Shown here: positions 19,939 to 27,915 of the stretch, in pieces
Position numbering within the stretch: position 1 is the stretch's first letter
How the letters are laid out: the number at the start of each line of letters is the position of its first letter
IMG/VR virus record: IMGVR_UViG_3300025000_000029
Location: 1-44,790 of that record
Length of the DNA stretch: 44,790 nt
Direction: 5' to 3' (one strand)
Source of the DNA: a virus
Lineage: Duplodnaviria; Caudoviricetes
Made by a program: the position numbers and the translations under genes
Notes under the pieces: model-generated
Told to the model about the DNA's origin: nothing
Database searches by the model: none
What the model saw: only the letters and a program-made list of their open reading frames with translations

Positions 19939-20438
19939 CAGACATAAAACAACTGGAAGAAAGAATACTACGCCTTGAAAAACACAATGCGGAAGTTTAC
20001 AGGCAGCGTAAAGGATTACACGTTGAGCCTAACAGAAATATATTAGGACAGGACACGTACATTGATGGCAATTTATATCTGAATAATTATGCCGCTGGTA
20101 TCTGGACTACTTGGGCGCCGACAATAACGTGGGATGGTACGGCGCCAACATCATTATCAGGAACATCGGTATTTAGATATTGCATTATCGGCAAAGCAGT
20201 TGCCATAAATGGTTATGCGATTTATGGATCAGCAGGAGCTACCAATACCATTGTAACTGTAACATTACCAATTGCACCGCATCCAGACCGGGCAGCGCAA
20301 GCAGCTCATGGAGTAGTAGGAAATACAGAAAACTTGACAAGAGCAATTATAAGACCAACCACAGACGACATATATCTGTCCTGTACAAGTATTGCAGCAG
20401 CACGCTTGTTGTTTATGGCAATTTATGAGATTGCATAA
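19935..20438 (+). CDS. Putative tail fibre/receptor-binding protein
   Basis: WTTWAPT...RYCIIGKAV...TLPIAP...IYEIA, a common fibre C-terminal module. Confidence 0.55.
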   Translation: MTDIKQLEERILRLEKHNAEVYRQRKGLHVEPNRNILGQDTYIDGNLYLNNYAAGIWTTWAPTITWDGTAPTSLSGTSVFRYCIIGKAVAINGYAIYGSAGATNTIVTVTLPIAPHPDRAAQAAHGVVGNTENLTRAIIRPTTDDIYLSCTSIAAARLLFMAIYEIA

Positions 20439-20447
20439 GGAGCAGAC

Positions 20448-21389
20448 ATGAAACCAATAGTAGATATTTCATTTTGGCAACCAGCTTCATCCATTGACTA
20501 CGATAAGTTAGCGGAATCTGTCAGCGGCGTAATCCTACGTGGTGCGTATGGTATCTGGAAAGATACGCAGTTTGAAAAACACTACGAGGAATTGTCAAAA
20601 CGAAATGTACCATTGGGGACGTATCATTATGTCATCGGTAATCAAACAGGCAAGCAGCAGGCAGCGGTATTTTACGAAGCAGTAAAGGGTAAGAAATTCA
20701 AACTTGGATTATGGAATGATGTAGAAGATCGCAGGGATATTACCGGATTATCCAGCAGCGTTGTAATTGAATATCATACAGAGATTGAAAGACTTGTTGG
20801 TCATAAGGTTGGTATTTATACGGGCGTGTACGCATGGTTTGAAATCATGGGGAGCAAGTCAACCATGTACGCAGATCGAGATTTATGGATTGCTCATTAT
20901 GGCGTGATCGTCCCATCCTTACCACGACAGGGCGGTTGGAAAGCATGGGTAATATGGCAACATACCGACAACCTGAAAGTTGATTGGTATTACTCCGGCG
21001 TTGATGGCAATAAGTTCAATGGCACAGATCAGGAATTTATCAATCATTTCAACCTGGCGGATGTACTACCTCCGGCAATCCCGATTGGTACATTCTGGTG
21101 TGAGTATTGCGGACAGTACACAGAGAATGATAGTCGCGGTCATTGCGGTAAATGCGGCGCACCACGAGAAGGATGGATACCGCAACCACAGGCAGCAAGT
21201 TTACGCACAACGAAAATCGTTAATATCCGAACCGCACCAAACACCAGTGCATCAAGTGTTGGCGTGAGAAGTGTTGGAGCAGAGGTTGAAGTATTGGAAA
21301 TCTATATTGCATCATCAAATAGTGTATGGGTAAAGGATTCATTTGGTTGGAGCGCAGCCGTACACGCAGGCGTAAAGTACATGGAATAA
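20448..21389 (+). CDS. Endolysin: GH25 muramidase + zinc ribbon + SH3b-like domain
   Basis: VDISFWQ, GTYHY, DVE, LWIAHY, IWQHT, VDGN; CEYC..CGKC; VNIRTAPNTSA. Confidence 0.88.
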   Translation: MKPIVDISFWQPASSIDYDKLAESVSGVILRGAYGIWKDTQFEKHYEELSKRNVPLGTYHYVIGNQTGKQQAAVFYEAVKGKKFKLGLWNDVEDRRDITGLSSSVVIEYHTEIERLVGHKVGIYTGVYAWFEIMGSKSTMYADRDLWIAHYGVIVPSLPRQGGWKAWVIWQHTDNLKVDWYYSGVDGNKFNGTDQEFINHFNLADVLPPAIPIGTFWCEYCGQYTENDSRGHCGKCGAPREGWIPQPQAASLRTTKIVNIRTAPNTSASSVGVRSVGAEVEVLEIYIASSNSVWVKDSFGWSAAVHAGVKYME

Positions 21390-21454
21390 CAATCAATAAT
21401 TAGTCTAAACCTAATTATCGCAATACCAATGTTAGCCAAACGCAAAGGAGCAAC

Positions 21455-22279
21455 ATGGTTGCAAAAACAATTGTGGCAATAATCAGTGATACCCATATTG
21501 GCAGCAGCACAGCACTTGCACCGCCTACATTCACCATCCATAACCGGGACACAGACGAGGAACAGATTGTAGATTACAACCGCTTACAATCCTGGCTATG
21601 GGGTAACTGGATTGACTATTGGGATTATGTAAAATTCCTGGCAGGTTGGACCAGCAAGAAAAAACGCAAGCACCGGATTGTTGTTGTGCATGTTGGGGAT
21701 GTAATTGATGGCAACCATCATGGAAGTAATCAGATCATTCAGGATGTTGGCGATCAGGCACTTGTAGCGATTGAAATATTACAACCCATTGTCGATATGG
21801 CTGACGCGTTCTTTGGTATATTGGGAACTGAAGCACACGCAGGCAATGGACAGGCTGATGAGATAGGAATTTATAAACTACTTGGGGTAACAGAGTACAA
21901 CCAAAACCTGATGATTGAAATTGACGGCAAGCTGCATGACTTTGCACATCATGGCAGGACAGGAACAAGACCCTGGACAAGCGCAGCCGCAAGCATTGGG
22001 GTTGAGGTATTGCTTGATTGTGGAAGATCAGGATTGCCTTACCCGGATTATATCTGGCGTGGTCACAAACACGAGATTGATGACAGCGGAAACAAACTGG
22101 AAGGAACGAGGGTAATCAGTTTACCATCCTGGCAATTGAAAACAGCATTTGTTAATCGGGTTGCTGCAAACAAAAGGCGATCCGATATTGGAGGATACAT
22201 TGTGAATGGTGGCATTATTGACGATAGTAAATCAAGGTATCAGGGACAGCCGGACAGCAGGAGGATAATTAAAATCTAA
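21455..22279 (+). CDS. Calcineurin-like metallophosphoesterase
   Basis: SDTHIG, GDVIDG, GTEAH, HHG and GHKH motifs. Confidence 0.82.
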   Translation: MVAKTIVAIISDTHIGSSTALAPPTFTIHNRDTDEEQIVDYNRLQSWLWGNWIDYWDYVKFLAGWTSKKKRKHRIVVVHVGDVIDGNHHGSNQIIQDVGDQALVAIEILQPIVDMADAFFGILGTEAHAGNGQADEIGIYKLLGVTEYNQNLMIEIDGKLHDFAHHGRTGTRPWTSAAASIGVEVLLDCGRSGLPYPDYIWRGHKHEIDDSGNKLEGTRVISLPSWQLKTAFVNRVAANKRRSDIGGYIVNGGIIDDSKSRYQGQPDSRRIIKI

Positions 22280-22500
22280 TGACAGAAAATGAATTACTTG
22301 AAGAACTTGCAAGGGAATTAGAGATACCAACAATAAGACCGGACGAGATAACCGTTAAGATGTTTGCCGAACGATTGAATATCACCAACAGAATGGCGCA
22401 CGGAATGTTAATGAAAATGGTTGAAAGTGGAAAACTAAAAAAGAGATTCGTACGGGGAGAGCAGCAAAGGATACTGGCTTTCAGCAAGGTTGAAGAATAG
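22279..22500 (+). CDS. Small winged-HTH-like protein
   Basis: ITVKMFAERLNIT...L.KMVESGKL; coupled start. Confidence 0.6.
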   Translation: MTENELLEELARELEIPTIRPDEITVKMFAERLNITNRMAHGMLMKMVESGKLKKRFVRGEQQRILAFSKVEE

Positions 22501-22659
22501 AACTGAATAAATTCACATAAATTTATTCAGCATGACTGCACAAATTACAAACGTATTCCGTGATGATCTACACAGAACACAAAGGAATAATGTGTACAAT
22601 TTCGCAATCCGATTGCATATCTATAAAGGATAATGGACAAAATATGTCTATTATCCTAT

Positions 22660-22695
22660 ACAAAACAAAATCAGCCCCGTCATGTGGGGCTGATT
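22660..22695 (-). terminator. Intrinsic terminator closing the minus-strand ncRNA
   Basis: AATCAGCCCC/GGGGCTGATT stem followed on the minus strand by TTGTTTTG. Confidence 0.8.
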
Positions 22696-22965
22696 GGGTG
22701 AATCCTACTTTATGGATTAGCCATATTTCAGATCCGTTGGACATGACTCCAGCAGATTGTCCAGTTCCGCTAGAGTTGCTATGGATTACTCCACGGCATA
22801 ATCCTCACTAAAGAGGAGTCCCAGCGATTCTATCCTCTGGGGGGGGAAGCATACCCTCACGGGTAGCACTCAACCACCGATGCGATTGAGGGAGTATGAC
22901 CCGGCTCGGTCAGCATAACTCTCTAGAAGCTATCCATACGAGCAGAGGCTTGCCGGGTACTGTTA
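22660..22965 (-). ncRNA. Candidate large structured ncRNA, family unassigned
   Basis: GC-rich island with a long closing stem, at least 7 hairpins, GTGA and GTAA GNRA tetraloops, and G-U pairs valid only on the minus strand. Confidence 0.7.
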
Positions 22966-23005
22966 CAAATATATTATCACACCTTGTCAATAAATAAATT
23001 ACCTA

Positions 23006-23034
23006 TTGACAAACGATTCTAAAATCCCTACAAT
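23006..23034 (+). promoter_or_regulatory. Sigma70-type promoter facing the integrase 3' end
   Basis: TTGACA-N17-TACAAT. Confidence 0.7.
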
Positions 23035-23094
23035 GACTTTGGATCAACTTTCATTTTATTTCTCCTTTTTCTTTTGGGAAAACCCCTCCTCCCG

Positions 23095-23133
23095 AACAAT
23101 AAACCCCAACTACGCAAGGGGTTTATTGTTTTA
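23095..23133. terminator. Terminator hairpin at the integrase stop (possibly bidirectional)
   Basis: AACAATAAACCCC/GGGGTTTATTGTT 13-bp stem, then TTT on the plus strand. Confidence 0.7.
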
Positions 23134-24063
23134 TAAATGCCAGCGATCCACCGGGCTTGACCTTCTGTGTACATCCTGTGTATCCGCATCCGCAAGGTGT
23201 AAATAATACCGAACCATTTCAAGGGTTGCATGGCCTAACAATCTTTGAAGCGTGAATATATCGCCACCATTGCGCAGGTATTGGATGGCGAAAGTATGCC
23301 GGAACCTGTGTGCATGTACATGAGTTCCCGTTCTTTCCTGTAAGCGGAACATAAGACTTTGGAACGAGGATTCTTTTATATCGAATATCTTATCGTTCGG
23401 ATAATTCTCATGTTCTGAAAGATACAACCACAATTCTTTTTTGGTTGATCGAGAAAGAAAGACGGTACGCGGTTTAGATTTTATCCCGGTATTATGTGCG
23501 CGAATATGAAGCTCGCCATTATCCATATTGAGATCACGATATTCCAGGCGAAGCAATTCACCCAACCGGATACCTGTATCCAGCAGCGTGAACACTATGG
23601 CGCGGTCCCGTAATGACTTTGGTTTCTTCATGCGGTATGATTTTCTTTTATCCGATCCGTCCGTTGTAATCCAGGTACATTGGTAAATAATCTTATCGAC
23701 TTCTTCTTTGGAGTATGGAATTATTTCAGGCTTCGTAACCTTTGGTCGTTTCATTTGCAGGTCAGGGCGTTCAATGTTCAGGGTATCCGCAGACCACGAA
23801 AAGAAGGAACGTAAGGCGATCCAGTATTTATCAATGGCGGTTGCACTCAATGGACTTTCATCACCGCTAAATCGTGTTGGTTTATAAGACTCTTGCAACC
23901 ATTTCAGAAACTTTGACGTATGTTCTTTATTAACGTCATGCAGTTCAATATCCCCCATCCAGTTTGCAAACCGATACAGGCACATGCCATATAGTTCTAA
24001 TGTTCTAGGTGAAAGCTCGGTTGCATTAATAAGATAACCGTCAATTGCTTTACTTAAGTTCAT
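23131..24063 (-). CDS. int: Tyrosine integrase
   Basis: RDRAI...DTGIRLGE, K, HAHRFRH, LLGH and Y catalytic residues; adjacent to the tRNA-like att site. Confidence 0.93.
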   Translation of the reverse strand: MNLSKAIDGYLINATELSPRTLELYGMCLYRFANWMGDIELHDVNKEHTSKFLKWLQESYKPTRFSGDESPLSATAIDKYWIALRSFFSWSADTLNIERPDLQMKRPKVTKPEIIPYSKEEVDKIIYQCTWITTDGSDKRKSYRMKKPKSLRDRAIVFTLLDTGIRLGELLRLEYRDLNMDNGELHIRAHNTGIKSKPRTVFLSRSTKKELWLYLSEHENYPNDKIFDIKESSFQSLMFRLQERTGTHVHAHRFRHTFAIQYLRNGGDIFTLQRLLGHATLEMVRYYLHLADADTQDVHRRSSPVDRWHL

Positions 24064-24145
24064 AGACTAACACCCTCCCGTTCAGACAAATTGTTGAACC
24101 TTCGAGTGTTAGTCTATTACAAAGGAGTAGGCTACTGCCTACCAG

Positions 24146-24217
24146 AGCGGGAGACGGGATTCGAACCCGCGAATGTTAGCTTGGAAGGCTAATGCCTTAC
24201 CACTTGGCGACTCCCGA
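24146..24217 (-). tRNA. tRNA-Gly(TCC), near-complete; probable attP core
   Basis: TCGGGAG-TC-GCC AAGTGGTAA GGC-A-TTAGC CTTCCAA GCTAA-CATTC-GCGGG TTCGAAT CCCGT-CTCCCGC-T; T1:C72 mismatch; no encoded CCA. Confidence 0.88.
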
Positions 24218-24286
24218 ATAGTAGTCTATTGTTTGCAGAAAGACTTATGCTCGACAGTTCGTTCATTTTTTAAGTAGGACTAATGC

Positions 24287-24469
24287 TCACGACAAGACAA
24301 TTAACAGGTAAAGAATGAACCCGATAATTGATACAACGATTGATAGGACAATGTTGTACGCAACAACAGTTCCGACACGAGTCCAGAATGATTTAGCAGT
24401 GAAGCCGGATGGATGTAATAACTTTGCCTTATCTTCCAACGAACGTAACCTGTATTCAAAATCATCCAT
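24287..24469 (-). CDS. Small membrane protein, paralog 2
   Basis: C-terminal TM segment; similar to 24469-24666. Confidence 0.7.
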   Translation of the reverse strand: MDDFEYRLRSLEDKAKLLHPSGFTAKSFWTRVGTVVAYNIVLSIVVSIIGFILYLLIVLS

Positions 24470-24666
24470 TATGAAATCCCTTCGATTAGAAATGCCATAC
24501 CCAATATGAACGACCAGTAAACTATCTGGACGATTGCAGCAATAACAAACTCATACCAGGTGAAGGTTATAAACCGCTTGAACCAGGAGGATGAAGTCAA
24601 TCCTGATGGTGTTAATCTTTCGTATGTTGTTTCGAGGATGGCAAGCCTGTTATCTTTTGAATCCAT
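24469..24666 (-). CDS. Small membrane protein, paralog 1
   Basis: AAAGGA RBS; C-terminal TM segment. Confidence 0.7.
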   Translation of the reverse strand: MDSKDNRLAILETTYERLTPSGLTSSSWFKRFITFTWYEFVIAAIVQIVYWSFILGMAFLIEGIS

Positions 24667-24968
24667 ACATAATCCTTTGCCAATTGTTTTAACAATTCAA
24701 CCAGAACCATTGTTAATGCGTATGAACCTAAAACCATTTTAGTAAACATAAATTCATACGTCCAATAATAAATGAATATATCAAATATTATTGAAAGAGA
24801 TAAGAATAATAACAATAACCTTATTCTAAAATCATTGAAGATATACAACGAAGCTACAACGAGACGGATAAAAAAGAACTTCCGTTTATTAAGGCGTACT
24901 AGATTCCTTGTTCTCAAGATTTGTGGTCCCCTGTTCAGATGTGAGCATTGTTTCGATGATGGAGTCAA
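24612..24968 (-). CDS. Membrane protein in repressor operon (start uncertain)
   Basis: Hydrophobic helices; AT-rich; lies between repressor and small membrane genes. Confidence 0.45.
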   Translation of the reverse strand: MTPSSKQCSHLNRGPQILRTRNLVRLNKRKFFFIRLVVASLYIFNDFRIRLLLLFLSLSIIFDIFIYYWTYEFMFTKMVLGSYALTMVLVELLKQLAKDYVWIQKITGLPSSKQHTKD

Positions 24969-25263
24969 CGAGCTTCTGCTGTGATTTTGGCAGCATTGAA
25001 ATCTTGTGTGCCAATGCTTGAATATCGGAAAGTGATTGGCTTTGACTATTCAATACTCCAGCCGCCTTAAACACTTCCTCTCGTGGTACGCGCAACGCTT
25101 TCGCGATTGCAACCAGCGAGTCAATACCAGGTTGTCTCTCACCGCTCAATAGACGAGAGATTGTTGCAGCCGTCAACCCCGACCTATCCGCAATGTCCTG
25201 TTGTCGAAGATTCTTAGATCGTAGTTGTCCGGCTAACCATTCAGGAAACGAAATTTTTACCAT
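24889..25263 (-). CDS. XRE-family HTH repressor (CI-like)
   Basis: LRQQDIADRSGLTAATISRLLSGERQPG; divergent from the early operon. Confidence 0.88.
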   Translation of the reverse strand: MVKISFPEWLAGQLRSKNLRQQDIADRSGLTAATISRLLSGERQPGIDSLVAIAKALRVPREEVFKAAGVLNSQSQSLSDIQALAHKISMLPKSQQKLVDSIIETMLTSEQGTTNLENKESSTP

Positions 25264-25315
25264 AAGACAACTATACATCATTCACCTTACCTGTGGTTAC
25301 TGAAAAAATTACCTG

Positions 25316-25344
25316 TTGACAACTCTGTCAACACTTGTTATAAT
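25316..25344 (+). promoter_or_regulatory. Early lytic promoter
   Basis: Perfect TTGACA-N17-TATAAT. Confidence 0.85.
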
Positions 25345-25402
25345 CAAGGTAACAAATCAAATGACAAAAGTCAATGAAATTATTTTCTAAAAAAGGAGGA
25401 AC

Positions 25403-25630
25403 ATGACGATAACAATCCAGGTAAGACTCGGAGAGAAGCAGAAGAAACGACTTGAAGCAATGGCCGTATCAAGTGGAACCAGCCAGACGAAATTACTCAA
25501 TGCGTTGGTTGACCTTGCGGCAGATGTGAATGGAATTGAGATTACCGAGCAGATCAACTTTAAGATTGACCAGGAGTTTGAACGCAGGGTAAAGAAATTC
25601 CCAACATTGAAAGAGGTAAACCATGACTAA
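25403..25630 (+). CDS. Cro-position ribbon-helix-helix-like DNA-binding protein
   Basis: TIQVRL....KKRLEAMA...GTSQTKLL; AGGAGG RBS. Confidence 0.65.
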   Translation: MTITIQVRLGEKQKKRLEAMAVSSGTSQTKLLNALVDLAADVNGIEITEQINFKIDQEFERRVKKFPTLKEVNHD

Positions 25631-25754
25631 AATAAAAAGTTATATTTGCAGACTTATCGGTCACAGGTGGGAACCAAAATGGCATTGTCACAACCGCTAT
25701 TATGGACTTACTTGTTCAAGATGTGGAAAGAAAACCGGTAAGAAAAATGACTGA
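25623..25754 (+). CDS. Small Cys/His protein (DUF1660-like)
   Basis: ICRLIGHRW...CSRCG; GAGG RBS. Confidence 0.55.
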   Translation: MTKIKSYICRLIGHRWEPKWHCHNRYYGLTCSRCGKKTGKKND

Positions 25755-25924
25755 ACTAATACTCATTGCAATATTGTTTCTTGCTTATCCAATAGTGGAG
25801 ATCACAGATAAGTATTGGAGACGTAAGTATTTCATAAAAAGATAATTGCTGGTGGATCAGCAATTATCAGGAGCGAGCAAACGAAAGTTAGCTCACCTGA
25901 ATTATAGCACAAAGGAGCGACAGA

Positions 25925-26257
25925 ATGAATGAACAGGCTTACTACGATACCCTTGACTACGTAACAGACAATAAGAATAAATGGGATGTAATTCGCAGAC
26001 TTGAAGAACGCAGGGCGAAATTAGACGATAGTCTCACCAAGTATTTATGGCACGCTGAAAATGGCATTGAGATTGACATGCACAACTTCTATGTCATTTT
26101 AGGAAAGATCGAGCAGATTGATTCAGACCTTGCAGTATTGCAGATGCCAGAGATCGACCCATTCTTACCGGAAGATTCACAGCCGGAGATTGATCCAGTG
26201 TATGACCCGGCATTGGAATGGCACATGATGACCGAAGATTTGCGCAGAGGTGGATGA
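25925..26257 (+). CDS. Hypothetical protein
   Basis: AAGGAG RBS, 110 aa. Confidence 0.7.
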   Translation: MNEQAYYDTLDYVTDNKNKWDVIRRLEERRAKLDDSLTKYLWHAENGIEIDMHNFYVILGKIEQIDSDLAVLQMPEIDPFLPEDSQPEIDPVYDPALEWHMMTEDLRRGG

Positions 26258-26511
26258 TGGACGCTTATATCAACACTAAACTAATGACATTTGAATTACC
26301 TGATGGCACAATCTTTGAAAAAGAATCGACCAAGAATTACAAATTTTTATTGGTTTACAAATGCAATCCAAGTTATACGATTGAAGGATGCTACAAAACC
26401 AAGAGTAGTGTTAATAAAAGAATTGAATATCTTAAACATATTGGATGGCCAGTAGAGTTTGAAATAATTAATCGTAAATCTATGGAATATATCTATCGGG
26501 ATGGTGGGTGA
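26254..26511 (+). CDS. Hypothetical protein
   Basis: ATGA-coupled to the upstream gene. Confidence 0.6.
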   Translation: MMDAYINTKLMTFELPDGTIFEKESTKNYKFLLVYKCNPSYTIEGCYKTKSSVNKRIEYLKHIGWPVEFEIINRKSMEYIYRDGG

Positions 26512-26631
26512 TGACGAACAACGAGCAGATAGATCAATTCCTATTTGTGTTGTTTCTTATCGCGACCCTGTTGACAATCGCAATCGTAGTGAAATATGAA
26601 GTTGAAAAATTAATCAATAAGGAGAAATGAA

Positions 26632-27696
26632 ATGGAAATCGAAGCACGAGAATTAGCAGTATTTGAGAAAACCAAAGCTATCATGCGTAGTGATGAAGTG
26701 ATCCAGAAGTTTGCCGAAGTATTGGGAACTGAACGATCAGCCAGGAAGTATATTGGCAGCGTGTTACTTGCAGTTGGTCAGTCCGATAAGTTGCAGGAAT
26801 GTACACCACAGTCAATCATGATTAGCGGTATGCGAGCAGCAACTTTGAAGCTCACAGTTGATCCGGCTTTAGGTCATGCTTACATGGTCCCATATGGCAG
26901 CAAGGCAACAATGATTGTTGGATACAAAGGATTGATGCAGCTTGCATTACGTACTGGAAAATACAGAACGATCAATGTTGCAACAATCTATGACGGCCAG
27001 GAAGTTGAAGAAGATCAACTTAAGGGTATTCATACAATCAAAGGGTTGCCAAAGTATGACCGAAAGAAGTGGGTTGCAATTGGTTACATGCTTTACTTTG
27101 AATTACGTGACGGCTTCTCCAAAACATTTTACATGACTGTTGAGGAAATTGACGCGCACGCGAAGAAGTACAGCAAGGGCTACAATCGCAGCGATAGCTT
27201 ATGGAAATCTGATTTTGAAAACATGGCAAAGAAAACTGTCATTCGATTAGGGTTATCCAGGTACGGTTACTTTGATGCAGATGATTACCTTGCAATGAGC
27301 GAGCCGGAAGAAGTTGGCGAGGAAGAATTAGACGATGAGTTTATCGAGGGCGAATTACTTGAAAGCGCATTGGAGCAGGAAGCAGAACGCAAAGAGGAAT
27401 TAGTTGGTGGAAAATCAACTGAAGAACTCTCCGCAATGTTGGGCTTTGAAGATGATCCTGATACACGAGCAAAAAAGAAACTCACGCCAGAAGAAAAGAA
27501 ACAGCAGGAAGCATTAGACTGGGCGAGTGCTTTCAAATCCAAACAGGTCAACAAGACTTACGGCAAGATGACCTACGAAGAATTGCAGGCAGAACTTATG
27601 ACATTGACCGGGTACAACCCAAAGACAGACGAGGAAAGAACACAGGTCAATGATCGTATCCAGGCATTAAAAATCTTAATCAAGTATTTGGAATAA
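26632..27696 (+). CDS. recT: RecT-family single-strand annealing protein
   Basis: LQECTPQSI...LGHAYMVPY...GYKGLMQLALRTG...MAKKTVIR. Confidence 0.9.
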   Translation: MEIEARELAVFEKTKAIMRSDEVIQKFAEVLGTERSARKYIGSVLLAVGQSDKLQECTPQSIMISGMRAATLKLTVDPALGHAYMVPYGSKATMIVGYKGLMQLALRTGKYRTINVATIYDGQEVEEDQLKGIHTIKGLPKYDRKKWVAIGYMLYFELRDGFSKTFYMTVEEIDAHAKKYSKGYNRSDSLWKSDFENMAKKTVIRLGLSRYGYFDADDYLAMSEPEEVGEEELDDEFIEGELLESALEQEAERKEELVGGKSTEELSAMLGFEDDPDTRAKKKLTPEEKKQQEALDWASAFKSKQVNKTYGKMTYEELQAELMTLTGYNPKTDEERTQVNDRIQALKILIKYLE

Positions 27697-27705
27697 GGTG
27701 TAACC

Positions 27706-27915
27706 ATGCAATTCAGATGCAAACACGCACAGATAATTTTTGACCCCGACTACCGAGAACATTGCGAAGCAGTGGGCGGTACACCACAATGTATTGACTG
27801 CAAGCTGGTTGAATTACGAACAGGCAACGCCAGCATAGAACAGATGATTGAAGACGAACGACACGCGACAACAGCGTATGATTACACGACAGGCGGGATG
27901 GTAAAAACATGGTAA
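27706..27915 (+). CDS. Hypothetical Cys-containing protein
   Basis: AAGGTG RBS; coupled to neighbours. Confidence 0.55.
   Translation: MQFRCKHAQIIFDPDYREHCEAVGGTPQCIDCKLVELRTGNASIEQMIEDERHATTAYDYTTGGMVKTW

Noticed and set aside
19935-20438. DGR target gene
   Set aside because: No reverse transcriptase and no template-repeat/variable-repeat pair seen in the genome
1135-22487. Many minus-strand ORFs of 60-180 aa opposite structural genes
   Set aside because: Shadow frames of long plus-strand genes, lacking RBS or motifs
22686-22700. GGGGCTGATT resembling a tmRNA 5' end
   Set aside because: No following GGATTCGAC, tag ORF or T-arm/CCA end; it is one arm of the terminator
22560-22811. 83-aa plus-strand ORF (and 23006-23206) as protein genes
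   Set aside because: Weak starts and no recognisable features; they run through terminator/ncRNA or promoter sequence
22884-22920. Loose SAM-I riboswitch-like words on the plus strand (GAGGGA..TGACCC..CAGCA)
   Set aside because: The AUC P1 junction and other core elements are missing; G-U and GNRA evidence favours the minus strand
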